Shown piece by piece: positions 48,372-57,373 of a DNA stretch of 64,000 nucleotides (positions within the stretch are counted from its first letter, which is position 1; the number at the start of each line of letters is the position of its first letter). The DNA is from a virus. Below the pieces are notes generated by a model. That model saw nothing but the letters and a program-made list of their open reading frames with translations. It had not been told where the DNA came from and did not search any database. Location of the stretch: positions 1-64,000 of IMG/VR virus record IMGVR_UViG_3300025704_001538; one strand, 5' to 3'. A program made the translations under genes and the position numbers.

Positions 48372-48860
48372 TTAGTAAACCAAAATACATCTATCAGGAC
48401 GTAGTGTCGCGGTAATTGTTGCTAACGCGTCATCACTATACCCTAAACTATCGAAATTAACATCCGTTAAGAATGTTCCTTGTAAAATCCATTTCTCTAC
48501 AGCAACACCTGTAGGGTCTAACATTTCCAAGTCTAAGTCTTTCTTATAACCTGCAGCGTATCCCATACGACCTGTAACCGATTCTGCAGTTAATCTTACC
48601 CATTCCATTAATGCTTGTGAAGCAGAAGGTCCTATTGGGTCTCTGAACGTTACATTAATAGTGTTCCATGTAAATCTACCCGCAACGTAAGTAGATGTGT
48701 TTAGGAATGGAATTTCAGTCGAATTAATTTGGACATTAGGTCTTGAGGTCGACTCAACGTACCATGAGTTTATACCTAATGATGAAGGGAAAGTAAGAAC
48801 AAATCTATTTTTCCTTTTCGGTTCATACGGTACGGGCATTTTCATTAATAAATCAGCCAT
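48372..48860 (-). CDS. Tail tube protein (T4 gp19-like)
   Basis: YEPKRKNRF, YVAGRFTWNTINVTF, GYKKDLDLEMLDPTG, W.LQGTF. Confidence 0.9.
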   Translation of the reverse strand: MADLLMKMPVPYEPKRKNRFVLTFPSSLGINSWYVESTSRPNVQINSTEIPFLNTSTYVAGRFTWNTINVTFRDPIGPSASQALMEWVRLTAESVTGRMGYAAGYKKDLDLEMLDPTGVAVEKWILQGTFLTDVNFDSLGYSDDALATITATLRPDRCILVY

Positions 48861-48895
48861 AGTATTTTGGTTTTAAATTTCTTGTTTATTTAATT

Positions 48896-48902
48896 ATAAA
48901 TA
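48896..48902 (-). promoter_or_regulatory. TATTTAT motif (putative late promoter)
   Basis: 35 nt upstream of the tube ATG. Confidence 0.55.
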
Positions 48903-48971
48903 TCAGCTCAGAACTTTTTTCTCTTTACTTTTATTTTTTTATCTGTAAAATCTTATTCCAGCAGTTATAAA

Positions 48972-49820
48972 TTATACTTCTAATTTATCTCCACCTTTAG
49001 TTAAATAAGTTTTTACTGGGCTTTCTTCATATTCTTTATCTAAAAACTTTTTTATTGATTCAATATTTCCTGGGTCATCATCAGAAAAACCAATTAAAGG
49101 AACAAAGTTATTCTTTACATCATTAGTAAATGTTACTTTTTGTCCTAGTTTCTGGCTTTGATATTTAACATAGTTTATAAATTCTCTTAAAGCTTTTATT
49201 TTACCTTCTTCAGGATTAGATGCTGAACCTTCACCATAAGTAACGGGATGATACTTACACATGTCTAAATATTCTTTTATAAGTAGTTGGTCGTCTTTTA
49301 AGACCTCTCCTGACAAATCACGATATTCTTTAAGGTTCCCGATAAGGGTCTGTGAATTAATTCCATTATGGTTTGTAACAATCATATTGTAGATTGCATC
49401 TTTTAAAACAGATGGTGTATGACCTCTAGCGGTTATAATCGCAAAAATAGAACCTCCGTTGATACACTCTACAAAATCACTCCACGATGGTCCCGGCTCC
49501 GCTAACATAGAGTCGACAATAAATCTTTTATCACCTTCTACACCGAAATTTCTGTAAGGATTTTCTGCGTATCCGACAATTAGTTCACCTTTATATTCAA
49601 AAGGTTCTCCACCTATTCTTTGTCTATATTCCGCGAAATCTTCAGTAGACATACCTACCTCATGACCATCATCAGCAACTAACATGATTTGAGTTGGCAT
49701 AGTTACGATATTATCATCCCAGTCAAAAGCATAATACTTGTGGTCGGGATTACCGTCTTCTATACCTTCACTAACTAAAATGTTATTGAGGTTTTTTCTT
49801 ATAATCTGTTTTAGACTCAT
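48972..49820 (-). CDS. HAD-superfamily phosphatase-like protein (282 aa)
   Basis: AFDWDDNI (DxD motif I), ITARGH (motif II), Lys in EGKIK, GFSDDD (motif IV). Confidence 0.7.
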   Translation of the reverse strand: MSLKQIIRKNLNNILVSEGIEDGNPDHKYYAFDWDDNIVTMPTQIMLVADDGHEVGMSTEDFAEYRQRIGGEPFEYKGELIVGYAENPYRNFGVEGDKRFIVDSMLAEPGPSWSDFVECINGGSIFAIITARGHTPSVLKDAIYNMIVTNHNGINSQTLIGNLKEYRDLSGEVLKDDQLLIKEYLDMCKYHPVTYGEGSASNPEEGKIKALREFINYVKYQSQKLGQKVTFTNDVKNNFVPLIGFSDDDPGNIESIKKFLDKEYEESPVKTYLTKGGDKLEV

Positions 49821-49825
49821 ATATT

Positions 49826-49963
49826 TTACTTATTAAGGTTCTGAATAAGTCTTTCTAATTGTGCTTCGGTCATAACAATGTTCTGAGGTTTCTCAGAATA
49901 GGTATTTACCCCATTACTCTCGATTTCCATAGACTCTCTTAAAATTTTCTTTTTGAATTCCAT
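49826..49963 (-). CDS. Small protein (45 aa) not in the ORF track
   Basis: Hand translation MEFKKKILRESMEIESNGVNTYSEKPQNIVMTEAQLERLIQNLNK*; fills the gap with an A-rich leader. Confidence 0.7.
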   Translation of the reverse strand: MEFKKKILRESMEIESNGVNTYSEKPQNIVMTEAQLERLIQNLNK

Positions 49964-49998
49964 TTCTTTATTTTTTATTAAACGTTTAATTAAAGGCT

Positions 49999-50031
49999 AA
50001 AAATGGGGGACAGATTAACTGACCCCCATTT
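49999..50031 (-). terminator. Hairpin terminator after the sheath gene
   Basis: Minus strand AAATGGGGGTCAG-TTAAT-CTGTCCCCCATTTT. Confidence 0.7.
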
Positions 50032-50039
50032 AATAATTA

Positions 50040-53000
50040 TCAGATATCTTCAAATGATGCACCTGTCGGTGTGATTAAGAATTCGATATCAATAAATTCT
50101 AATGCTCTTGTTGGTTTTAGATAAATTTTTCCTACTAATGTATTATTATCTAAATCCTCAGGAGTGTTCTGAACTACGACTCTAAAGTCAATTAAACCTC
50201 TATCTCTTCTGATTGAATCTAAGATTGGGTTTACTGAATCCAAGAATTCTTGTCTTACTTGGTCGTCATTTTGTTCGAACAATAGTCTTACTGCCACCGC
50301 TGAAATTAACTTACGAGCTTGTAATAACAATCTTCTAACGTTAATTCTGTCGAGTGCAGACTCTTTAACTTGAGTAGTTTTATTACCCCATATTACAGTT
50401 CCCACATCTGAGAAAGTTGCAATCGGATTAATTCTACCTTTGTATAAGATATCTCTATCATCTTGTGTTAACTTCTTACGTGCTTTAATACCATTAACCA
50501 AACCTCTTGTGTAACCCGCTGATGCGAACCAAGGGAATGCGATATTATCGGTTAGTGCTAAGTTTCTAACAACCTCTGCCGTTGGTGGTAGGTATATTTG
50601 TGTATTATTAACGGTGTCTCTCGTTAAAATCCAAGGGTAGTAAGTAGCGGTGTAGTTAGAATCGATACCCGTATCCTCAAGGTTTTCAGTTGATTCTTGT
50701 GGGTAAATAAAGTTACCTGTAAAGTCTGAAGTTGTATTAACAAACATATTGTAATCAGGGGTAGTACAAATGTAGATTGAGTCAGCTCTATCTGTTTCAA
50801 TAAGGTCTATAGCCTCCTCCACAAGATTTGAGTTGTTTACATAATCGACACCTGGTGTTGTGAATACATTAATGTTTACCGCTTCAGGGTTAACGAATGT
50901 AGACTGACCCCATAAGTAAGCGTAATAATCAGTATTTCCCCAGTCTTGTTTATCAGGACCAACTATTGTTTTAAACGCCCCCCATCCTGTTGCGGTTGGG
51001 AATCTTATGGACGTTGCCGCTCCTTTGAGGTATCCACTGTTACCTAATATGAATCTATCTCCGTTAGTACGGTATTCTCTGTAAATATCCCAACCATCAA
51101 AACCACCTGTGGGTATTAATGTAAACTTACGTGAGTTTAATCTATAGTATGGTGATGTATCACCTGGTTCACTTCTAAACGAGGCGTCTCCAACGTCGAA
51201 CGCAGTTTCACCCGAAGTAGTCCATTGACTTGAGATAGTTATCACGGTCGCCCCTGAATCCATATGGAATCCTTTAGTTAGTACTGCCCATGGTGACGAT
51301 TCAGTTGCTGTTGCTAAGTCAGTAGGATTTTGTTTACCTTTGTAAGATGCAAAATCAACGTCGATACCAACAGTGTTTGACACACCCAAATAAACTCTTC
51401 TTGGGTTATCTCCTGAACTTCTTGTTACATTATCACCACCCGTAGTACCGAATGGGGGATTTGCAATAATTTCACCTGGAGTATCATACTTTGTTTTATA
51501 TATTAGATGAGGTGACTTATAATTTTTATACTGTCTTGTTTGATAACCTCTAAAACCACATGGTAAAGCATCTATTGGTGCTTCTTCATTAATTTCTAAC
51601 ATAATATAACGAGACTTTAATTCGAAGTCCCCATTTGCCGTACCTACTTTTTTAGCCACAAAACTATTAAGATTTGGGTCCATTGTACAGTTTGTGAATT
51701 TCTCTAAGACTACGGGACTTGAGTCAGTGTCATAAAAATCTCTTACAACTATATCAAAAGTTAAATTATTAAATGAAATATTTGCAATTGATACTTTTAT
51801 TTCTCTGTTCGCACCACTACCGTCTGAAATTGAGATGAACTTGAATAAGTTAAATACCTCATTACCCCTTAATTCAGAAACTACATATGGGGTGAATGGT
51901 GTTTGGTATCTATCTAAATACCAACCGATACCTGTATTATCAGTATCGGTTCTAGCGCCATTGAATGGTAATAAATCGGTATTTAATCCTCTGATTTTAC
52001 CTTGTCTATAACCTGTATTTAATAAGTTATAGTAAAGTTCCCCTACCATTAGAGGTACTTCGTTTCTATCCTTACCAAAGTTAGATTGTCCTAATACCTT
52101 ACTTAAGAAGTTAGGGTCACTTAATGTGAAAGAGGTGTCAAAAGTAAACGTTTCTGAATCACTAGTTACACCTGATAATTGGAATGTTGCAAACGGATTG
52201 TTTGTGATTCCTGAATACGCGGCACTACTATTAATAGTGACATCAGTTAATCCCGATACTTCATATACTGGTCCATCATCATTACTATATGTTGAGATAC
52301 CTCTTGAACGTAATGTTGAAATCACCATATTATGGTAATCAGTAATTACAGTACCTGAGTAAGTTGTATCATAAACAACCGCAGTACCTGTATAGTTATT
52401 ACCTGACGTATTTGTAAGACCTGTAACGATTAAACCGAAACCTACACCTGAGTAGTCTTGGTCTGTAGAATCGTATGGGAATAAAGAGTAATACCAAGAA
52501 TCATTTTTGGATGCTTCAAAATCGGCGGTATCGATAGTTAATCCGTCAACATCAAGTACGTTAGCACTACCAGTCCAATTTGATGTTCCTGTAATTGTGT
52601 CGTAGGTTCCTCCACTTACCGTACCGAACATGTAAGCAGTTTTACCTGAATTTGATGGGTCTACGATATCTTTATAAAGACTTGTTTTAAAATCATCCTC
52701 AATTGTGCTAACACCACCACTAAATGTAGTGTAAGGTAATGAGAAGTAATCTTCAATATATCCTGGTAAATCACTATAATTAGTGATTGTTGTCGAAGCG
52801 CTAGTTCCTGATACACCACTGAAAGTCACCGTAAAGGGACCTGCATTACCCGTACCAACTACTGTGTCTTTTTTAAGATTACCTACAGTTGAGATTGACC
52901 AAGCTGGACCCGCATCATAACCTGATAAACCAAGTATACGAGTTACAAAAAGTTGATTTGATTGTTGTAAATATGCCTTAGCAATGTATGCCGCTTCATA

Positions 53001-53216
53001 TTTTGGAATCTGAGTGTTTATAAATTTGGTTGGGCTTGTACCGCCAAAATATGCAGTGAACTCATCGAAGTTTGTTATAAAAATGGGTTCAAACGCAGGA
53101 CCTGACTGAGTTTCACCAACAATACCTAATGTAGTTACACCAACACTTTGAGCTACAAAACTTAAATCTCTTTCTGATGTGTATACACCGGGAGATACGA
53201 ATACTTTGTCTGCCAT
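50040..53216 (-). CDS. Tail sheath protein (T4 gp18-like; 1058 aa)
   Basis: SPGVYTSERDLS, PWFASAGYTRG, GRINPI, IWGNKT, DRINVRRLL, PTRALEFI. Confidence 0.95.
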   Translation of the reverse strand: MADKVFVSPGVYTSERDLSFVAQSVGVTTLGIVGETQSGPAFEPIFITNFDEFTAYFGGTSPTKFINTQIPKYEAAYIAKAYLQQSNQLFVTRILGLSGYDAGPAWSISTVGNLKKDTVVGTGNAGPFTVTFSGVSGTSASTTITNYSDLPGYIEDYFSLPYTTFSGGVSTIEDDFKTSLYKDIVDPSNSGKTAYMFGTVSGGTYDTITGTSNWTGSANVLDVDGLTIDTADFEASKNDSWYYSLFPYDSTDQDYSGVGFGLIVTGLTNTSGNNYTGTAVVYDTTYSGTVITDYHNMVISTLRSRGISTYSNDDGPVYEVSGLTDVTINSSAAYSGITNNPFATFQLSGVTSDSETFTFDTSFTLSDPNFLSKVLGQSNFGKDRNEVPLMVGELYYNLLNTGYRQGKIRGLNTDLLPFNGARTDTDNTGIGWYLDRYQTPFTPYVVSELRGNEVFNLFKFISISDGSGANREIKVSIANISFNNLTFDIVVRDFYDTDSSPVVLEKFTNCTMDPNLNSFVAKKVGTANGDFELKSRYIMLEINEEAPIDALPCGFRGYQTRQYKNYKSPHLIYKTKYDTPGEIIANPPFGTTGGDNVTRSSGDNPRRVYLGVSNTVGIDVDFASYKGKQNPTDLATATESSPWAVLTKGFHMDSGATVITISSQWTTSGETAFDVGDASFRSEPGDTSPYYRLNSRKFTLIPTGGFDGWDIYREYRTNGDRFILGNSGYLKGAATSIRFPTATGWGAFKTIVGPDKQDWGNTDYYAYLWGQSTFVNPEAVNINVFTTPGVDYVNNSNLVEEAIDLIETDRADSIYICTTPDYNMFVNTTSDFTGNFIYPQESTENLEDTGIDSNYTATYYPWILTRDTVNNTQIYLPPTAEVVRNLALTDNIAFPWFASAGYTRGLVNGIKARKKLTQDDRDILYKGRINPIATFSDVGTVIWGNKTTQVKESALDRINVRRLLLQARKLISAVAVRLLFEQNDDQVRQEFLDSVNPILDSIRRDRGLIDFRVVVQNTPEDLDNNTLVGKIYLKPTRALEFIDIEFLITPTGASFEDI

Positions 53217-53249
53217 ATTAATTAGTTTCTATTTTAATTTATTTATTTG

Positions 53250-53256
53250 ATAAATA
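53250..53256 (-). promoter_or_regulatory. TATTTAT motif (putative late promoter)
   Basis: 33 nt upstream of the sheath ATG. Confidence 0.55.
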
Positions 53257-53354
53257 TTATGTAAAAACCGAAAGGACAAATACGTATAACGTATATTTAT
53301 TTATTAGGCGCTCTTTTTTCTACCTTTTTTCTGACTTATTAAAAAAACCTACAT

Positions 53355-53501
53355 ATGAAAATCAAAAACCTAAAAATATCTGAAGAACATCACTCACTAC
53401 TAAAGAGTTACTGTAATAAGAAAGGATTAAAGATGTATAAGTTTATTGAAAAAATGATAGAGGACACTTGTAAAGATATGACAGATATATATGGGGAGTA
53501 A
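53355..53501 (+). CDS. Small ribbon-helix-helix-like DNA-binding protein (48 aa) not in the ORF track
   Basis: MKIKNLKISEEHHSLLKSYCNKKGLKMYKFIEKMIEDTCKDMTDIYGE*: strand-helix-G-helix pattern of CopG/Arc-like proteins. Confidence 0.6.
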   Translation: MKIKNLKISEEHHSLLKSYCNKKGLKMYKFIEKMIEDTCKDMTDIYGE

Positions 53502-54551
53502 TTAAGTACTGTAAGGTATATGTGCCTCGGACTTTATAATCGACTCTTTTGTCGGGTCTAACTTAACAACATCTATCTTAATAGTGTCGTTAGTATTTAT
53601 CTCAATTGATGGTAGGTCGTCCCCCATGTAATTATTGTTTATATAAACTGAGTACTCATCGACATTAATTGTGTCTAGAAAATTTAAATCTATCTTATAA
53701 GGATAAACCTCGGATAAACTAGTCACTCCCGATAAGAATAAAATATCTAACTCAAAGTTCTGAGGATTTGGAGGATGTTTTTTTGCACGTCTAGACTTAG
53801 TGTCTACTCCGACCTCATACAAGGTCAATGCCCTCGTAATCGCGGGAACTATTTCAAACTCCTCTTCATCAATTAAAAACCCTAACATTGTAAATGTGTA
53901 GTTTTGAATATAGTACTTCCTTTTCTCAATATCTAATACTGACTCATCAGATATACTATCTAAAATAATAGGGACGTAGTGACCTTTAACAAACGTATAT
54001 GCTTGTCTTGATGAAAATTTTTGTAAAACAAGTTTGTTAAACTCGTTTAAATGTCTCATCTTAGTACAAAATATTTTTATATTGTATGTAATGTCTACAG
54101 GTACGGGTTGTGGTATTTTGTATATATCCATACCTTTTCTTTGACCGTCCCACGTTGGGACCTTTGCATAATAAAATTGTTTTCTATTAGGTATGGTGTA
54201 TTGAAGTGATGGATTTGAACCATATTTCACTTCAGGTTGTCTTACTGTGGCAATAAATGGAGGTTTAATATTTTTATCCAAATCCTGAAACCTCCACGTT
54301 TCAGTAAACTGAGCCCAATTCTGAGTAGTAATAATAATATCAATAGGGTTTACGGTTTTACCGTCAGCAGACATTTCTAAATCTTCCTTTACAAAATCTA
54401 ACATACCTCGGTCTAAGTCGGCGTGTAAAACACTCTTGGGTAAGTACGTACCATTTTCTTGAATATACTCAAGAAGTTGCTCCCTTCTTTCTAATAAAAT
54501 TTTATCGGGAGTGATTTTTAAATCTTTTTTTATTTTTTTTGGAAACGCCAT
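53502..54551 (-). CDS. Tail terminator/neck-like protein (gp15-like; 349 aa)
   Basis: PQPVPVDITYNIKIF..YYIQNYTFTMLG pattern; immediately upstream of the sheath gene. Confidence 0.5.
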   Translation of the reverse strand: MAFPKKIKKDLKITPDKILLERREQLLEYIQENGTYLPKSVLHADLDRGMLDFVKEDLEMSADGKTVNPIDIIITTQNWAQFTETWRFQDLDKNIKPPFIATVRQPEVKYGSNPSLQYTIPNRKQFYYAKVPTWDGQRKGMDIYKIPQPVPVDITYNIKIFCTKMRHLNEFNKLVLQKFSSRQAYTFVKGHYVPIILDSISDESVLDIEKRKYYIQNYTFTMLGFLIDEEEFEIVPAITRALTLYEVGVDTKSRRAKKHPPNPQNFELDILFLSGVTSLSEVYPYKIDLNFLDTINVDEYSVYINNNYMGDDLPSIEINTNDTIKIDVVKLDPTKESIIKSEAHIPYST

Positions 54552-55015
54552 TAACCTACAATTTCATTAATATGGAATATTTTATTTTTTGTATTAATCA
54601 TGTCGATTTCATTTGCATTATAAATTGGCTCTTCACTATCCTTTCTTACAAAAGAATCGTACTTATATGGATTGTAAGTAATTACTTTATCATTGGTTTC
54701 GGGTGGCATATTTTCACAAGGCCATTCACAATAATCGAGTAAAGTTCCGATGACAAAGGCGTGAACATTTTTTCTCATTTCTTTTCTAACTTTTTCCTTA
54801 CCTCCCTCTCTTACTCTAAACTCGACATCTTTTAATTTAACATAATCCGCGTATAATATGATTCTACCGTCATACTGTACGGAAAATGTTTTTTTATGTA
54901 AGTTATAATAAACCATAACTTTAAGACCAATAGGATTAATTACCTCTTCTTGTTCAACAACTAACCCCATACGAGATTTTATTATATTTAATTCTTTTAT
55001 AAGTTTCTTTTTCAT
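54551..55015 (-). CDS. Phage hypothetical protein with N-terminal leader (154 aa)
   Basis: YYNLHKKTFSV..RKNVHAFVIG..YNPYKYDSF core preceded by KKLIKELNIIKSRMGLVVEQE. Confidence 0.7.
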   Translation of the reverse strand: MKKKLIKELNIIKSRMGLVVEQEEVINPIGLKVMVYYNLHKKTFSVQYDGRIILYADYVKLKDVEFRVREGGKEKVRKEMRKNVHAFVIGTLLDYCEWPCENMPPETNDKVITYNPYKYDSFVRKDSEEPIYNANEIDMINTKNKIFHINEIVG

Positions 55016-55527
55016 AATCCTCTAAATTCATTATCATTAACAGGTGATGCAATAATACTACGATAAAACGGCTTGTAACCCCCATAAGTATGCTTATTAT
55101 CACTAACAACTCTACCGTCATTAACAACTGAGTAATATCTTACTCTGGACTCAGTTTCATAGTACCCGATATAATCACCATATTCTATTTCAATATCTAA
55201 GTCATCTAAAGTGTCTTGATATACGCCAACCTTTAAATTACCAGGTTCCATTTGTGACATACTACTTTGTCCGTAATTTTGATTTTCGGGTTGCTCTACC
55301 TGTACATATCCACGAAACTCCACAGGCGGATGAAACTTTATACCATCCTCAACAGTTTCTCCGTAAACATCATCAGTTTTAGTTTTTTGCTTATCAACTC
55401 TATAAAGAACAAGTCTAAAGTTCATATCCCCCTCAAGCCATTCACGACCCATCGCAATATCTAACTCAAAATCTTCGGCACCGAAAAACTTTTCTAATCT
55501 TGTAATAGGTATTTTTCTTTTACTCAT
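55012..55527 (-). CDS. Head closure/neck protein (gp14-like; 171 aa)
   Basis: LYRVD...DDVYGE...F.PPVE pattern; context next to tail genes. Confidence 0.55.
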   Translation of the reverse strand: MSKRKIPITRLEKFFGAEDFELDIAMGREWLEGDMNFRLVLYRVDKQKTKTDDVYGETVEDGIKFHPPVEFRGYVQVEQPENQNYGQSSMSQMEPGNLKVGVYQDTLDDLDIEIEYGDYIGYYETESRVRYYSVVNDGRVVSDNKHTYGGYKPFYRSIIASPVNDNEFRGL

Positions 55528-55532
55528 TATTG

Positions 55533-55539
55533 ATAAATA
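55533..55539 (-). promoter_or_regulatory. TATTTAT motif (putative late promoter, near-leaderless)
   Basis: 5 nt upstream of the ATG at 55527, at the start of the minus-strand operon. Confidence 0.6.
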
Positions 55540-55578
55540 TTCGGTTATTTGTTATATTTAACTGTATTTACTCTCGTA

Positions 55579-57333
55579 TTGGAAAATAAAACATTAAACA
55601 ACTTACCTGAAGTAAGGGCTCTACGTATTCTTGAAGAATACGATGGATACAATAACTATATCCTAAAACTTCAGTCTAAAATGAGGAAGTTTAATCATTT
55701 TAAGTTGACACGAGCTCAGTCGGATTACATAATAAAGTTTAATAAAGTAGTCCCTAAAATAGCTAGAAGGTGGGTTGAGTTAGATAGTTACTTCGCAAAA
55801 AAGTTAATGGACGACAAACTTTTAACTAAAAAACCCGAAAAGATTTATATTGAAAAACTTTTAGTTGAGAAAGAGAAGTCATATCACATATGGGGAAAAC
55901 TTTTCGATAAGGAGGAACTTTCAAGCATTTGGTTACCTAAAGTTGCTCTTCATAAGAATAGACAAAGAGAGGTGAATATAGACTATGAAAAGTATAGTCA
56001 TCGACCCCCACTATCACACCAAATAGAGGCAATAGAAAAATTAGTAGGTAACGACAAATATATTTTAGCGGATGACATGGGTCTTGGTAAAACCACATCC
56101 ACAGTAATAGCTTCTTTAGAAAATAACTCTGAAAAAGTTTTAATTATATGTCCCGCGTCACTAAAAATAAATTGGCAAAGAGAGATAGAAAACTACACAG
56201 ACAGAGATATTTCTATCATTGATGGTAAGAAATGGGAACCCTCGGATTACACAATAATAAATTATGACATTCTCAAAAACTTTCATGACCCAAAACATCC
56301 TGACAAATCAGATATTTTAAATTACGGTTTTGATTTGGTTGTTATGGATGAGGCTCATTATATACAAAACGTTAAAGCCGCGAGAACTAAAATCGCAAAC
56401 AACATAGCGAAAAAAGTAGGTAAAGTATGGTTGTTAACGGGAACTCCGATGACTTCACGACCCATGAATTATTATAATCTTTTAGATTTGGTTGATTCAC
56501 CTGTTGCCGAAAACTGGATGGCTTATGCAATAAGATACTGTGCGGGATACCAATTTAATGTTGGGGCAAAAAAAGTTTGGAATGTTTCAGGGTCTTCAAA
56601 TCTTGAAGAACTCCGAGACCGAACAAAACCTCAGGTTTTGAGAAGGTTGAAAGAAGATATTTTAGATTTACCCGAAAAGATTATCACACCGGTTTATTTA
56701 AAGTTAAAATCAAAAGAATACGAAAAATTAATGGGAGAATACTATGATTGGTATAATTCATCTGAAGAATCCACATCACTCACAATACAGTTCTCTAAAT
56801 TAATGAAAGTGAGACAGGTTATCGCTGAGAGTAAAATAAAAAACACTATAGAGTTGGCTCAGAACATAATAGACCAAGGAAAAAAGGTTATAATTTTTAC
56901 TAATTTTACAGACACTCTTAATAAGATTACCGACCATTTTGGTAAATCTGCGGTTAAACTTGATGGTAAAATGTCAAAACCTCAGAGACAATATTCAGTG
57001 GACGAATTTCAAAGTAACGAAAAAATAAATGTTTTTGTGGGTAATTTAAAAGCTGCGGGTGTTGGTATAACATTAACCGCGGCTGAAGCAGTTATAATGA
57101 ACGATTTATCATTTGTACCCTCAGACCATTCTCAAGCAGAAGACAGAGCTTATAGATACGGACAAAAATTTTCGGTGTCGGTGTACTACCCAATTTTTGA
57201 GAATGCAATAGAAGGTATCATATATAATATACTCAACAAAAAGAAAAACATTTTTGAGACAGTTATGGGTGATAACGAAGGAAAGGGTGATATAATGGAA
57301 GAAATACTAAATATGATTTCAGAAAAAAGATGA
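55579..57333 (+). CDS. SNF2-family (SMARCAL1/HARP-like) helicase; start uncertain (TTG 55549 or 55579)
   Basis: LADDMGLGKT, ICPASLK.NW, DEAH, LTGTP, LRRLK, GVGITLT, QAEDRAYRYGQ. Confidence 0.9.
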   Translation: MENKTLNNLPEVRALRILEEYDGYNNYILKLQSKMRKFNHFKLTRAQSDYIIKFNKVVPKIARRWVELDSYFAKKLMDDKLLTKKPEKIYIEKLLVEKEKSYHIWGKLFDKEELSSIWLPKVALHKNRQREVNIDYEKYSHRPPLSHQIEAIEKLVGNDKYILADDMGLGKTTSTVIASLENNSEKVLIICPASLKINWQREIENYTDRDISIIDGKKWEPSDYTIINYDILKNFHDPKHPDKSDILNYGFDLVVMDEAHYIQNVKAARTKIANNIAKKVGKVWLLTGTPMTSRPMNYYNLLDLVDSPVAENWMAYAIRYCAGYQFNVGAKKVWNVSGSSNLEELRDRTKPQVLRRLKEDILDLPEKIITPVYLKLKSKEYEKLMGEYYDWYNSSEESTSLTIQFSKLMKVRQVIAESKIKNTIELAQNIIDQGKKVIIFTNFTDTLNKITDHFGKSAVKLDGKMSKPQRQYSVDEFQSNEKINVFVGNLKAAGVGITLTAAEAVIMNDLSFVPSDHSQAEDRAYRYGQKFSVSVYYPIFENAIEGIIYNILNKKKNIFETVMGDNEGKGDIMEEILNMISEKR

Positions 57334-57352
57334 ATTATTTTGTGTTCCGCGT

Positions 57353-57359
57353 TATTTAT
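57353..57359 (+). promoter_or_regulatory. TATTTAT motif (putative late promoter)
   Basis: 14 nt upstream of the SOD-fusion ATG; same sense orientation on the opposite strand. Confidence 0.55.
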
Positions 57360-57373
57360 AGATAAAATAAATT

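Noticed and set aside
21962-53216. Extracellular contractile injection system, tailocin or T6SS locus
   Set aside because: Neck proteins, PolB, helicase, SSB and RNR are interleaved with tail genes, indicating a phage genome rather than a bacterial locus.
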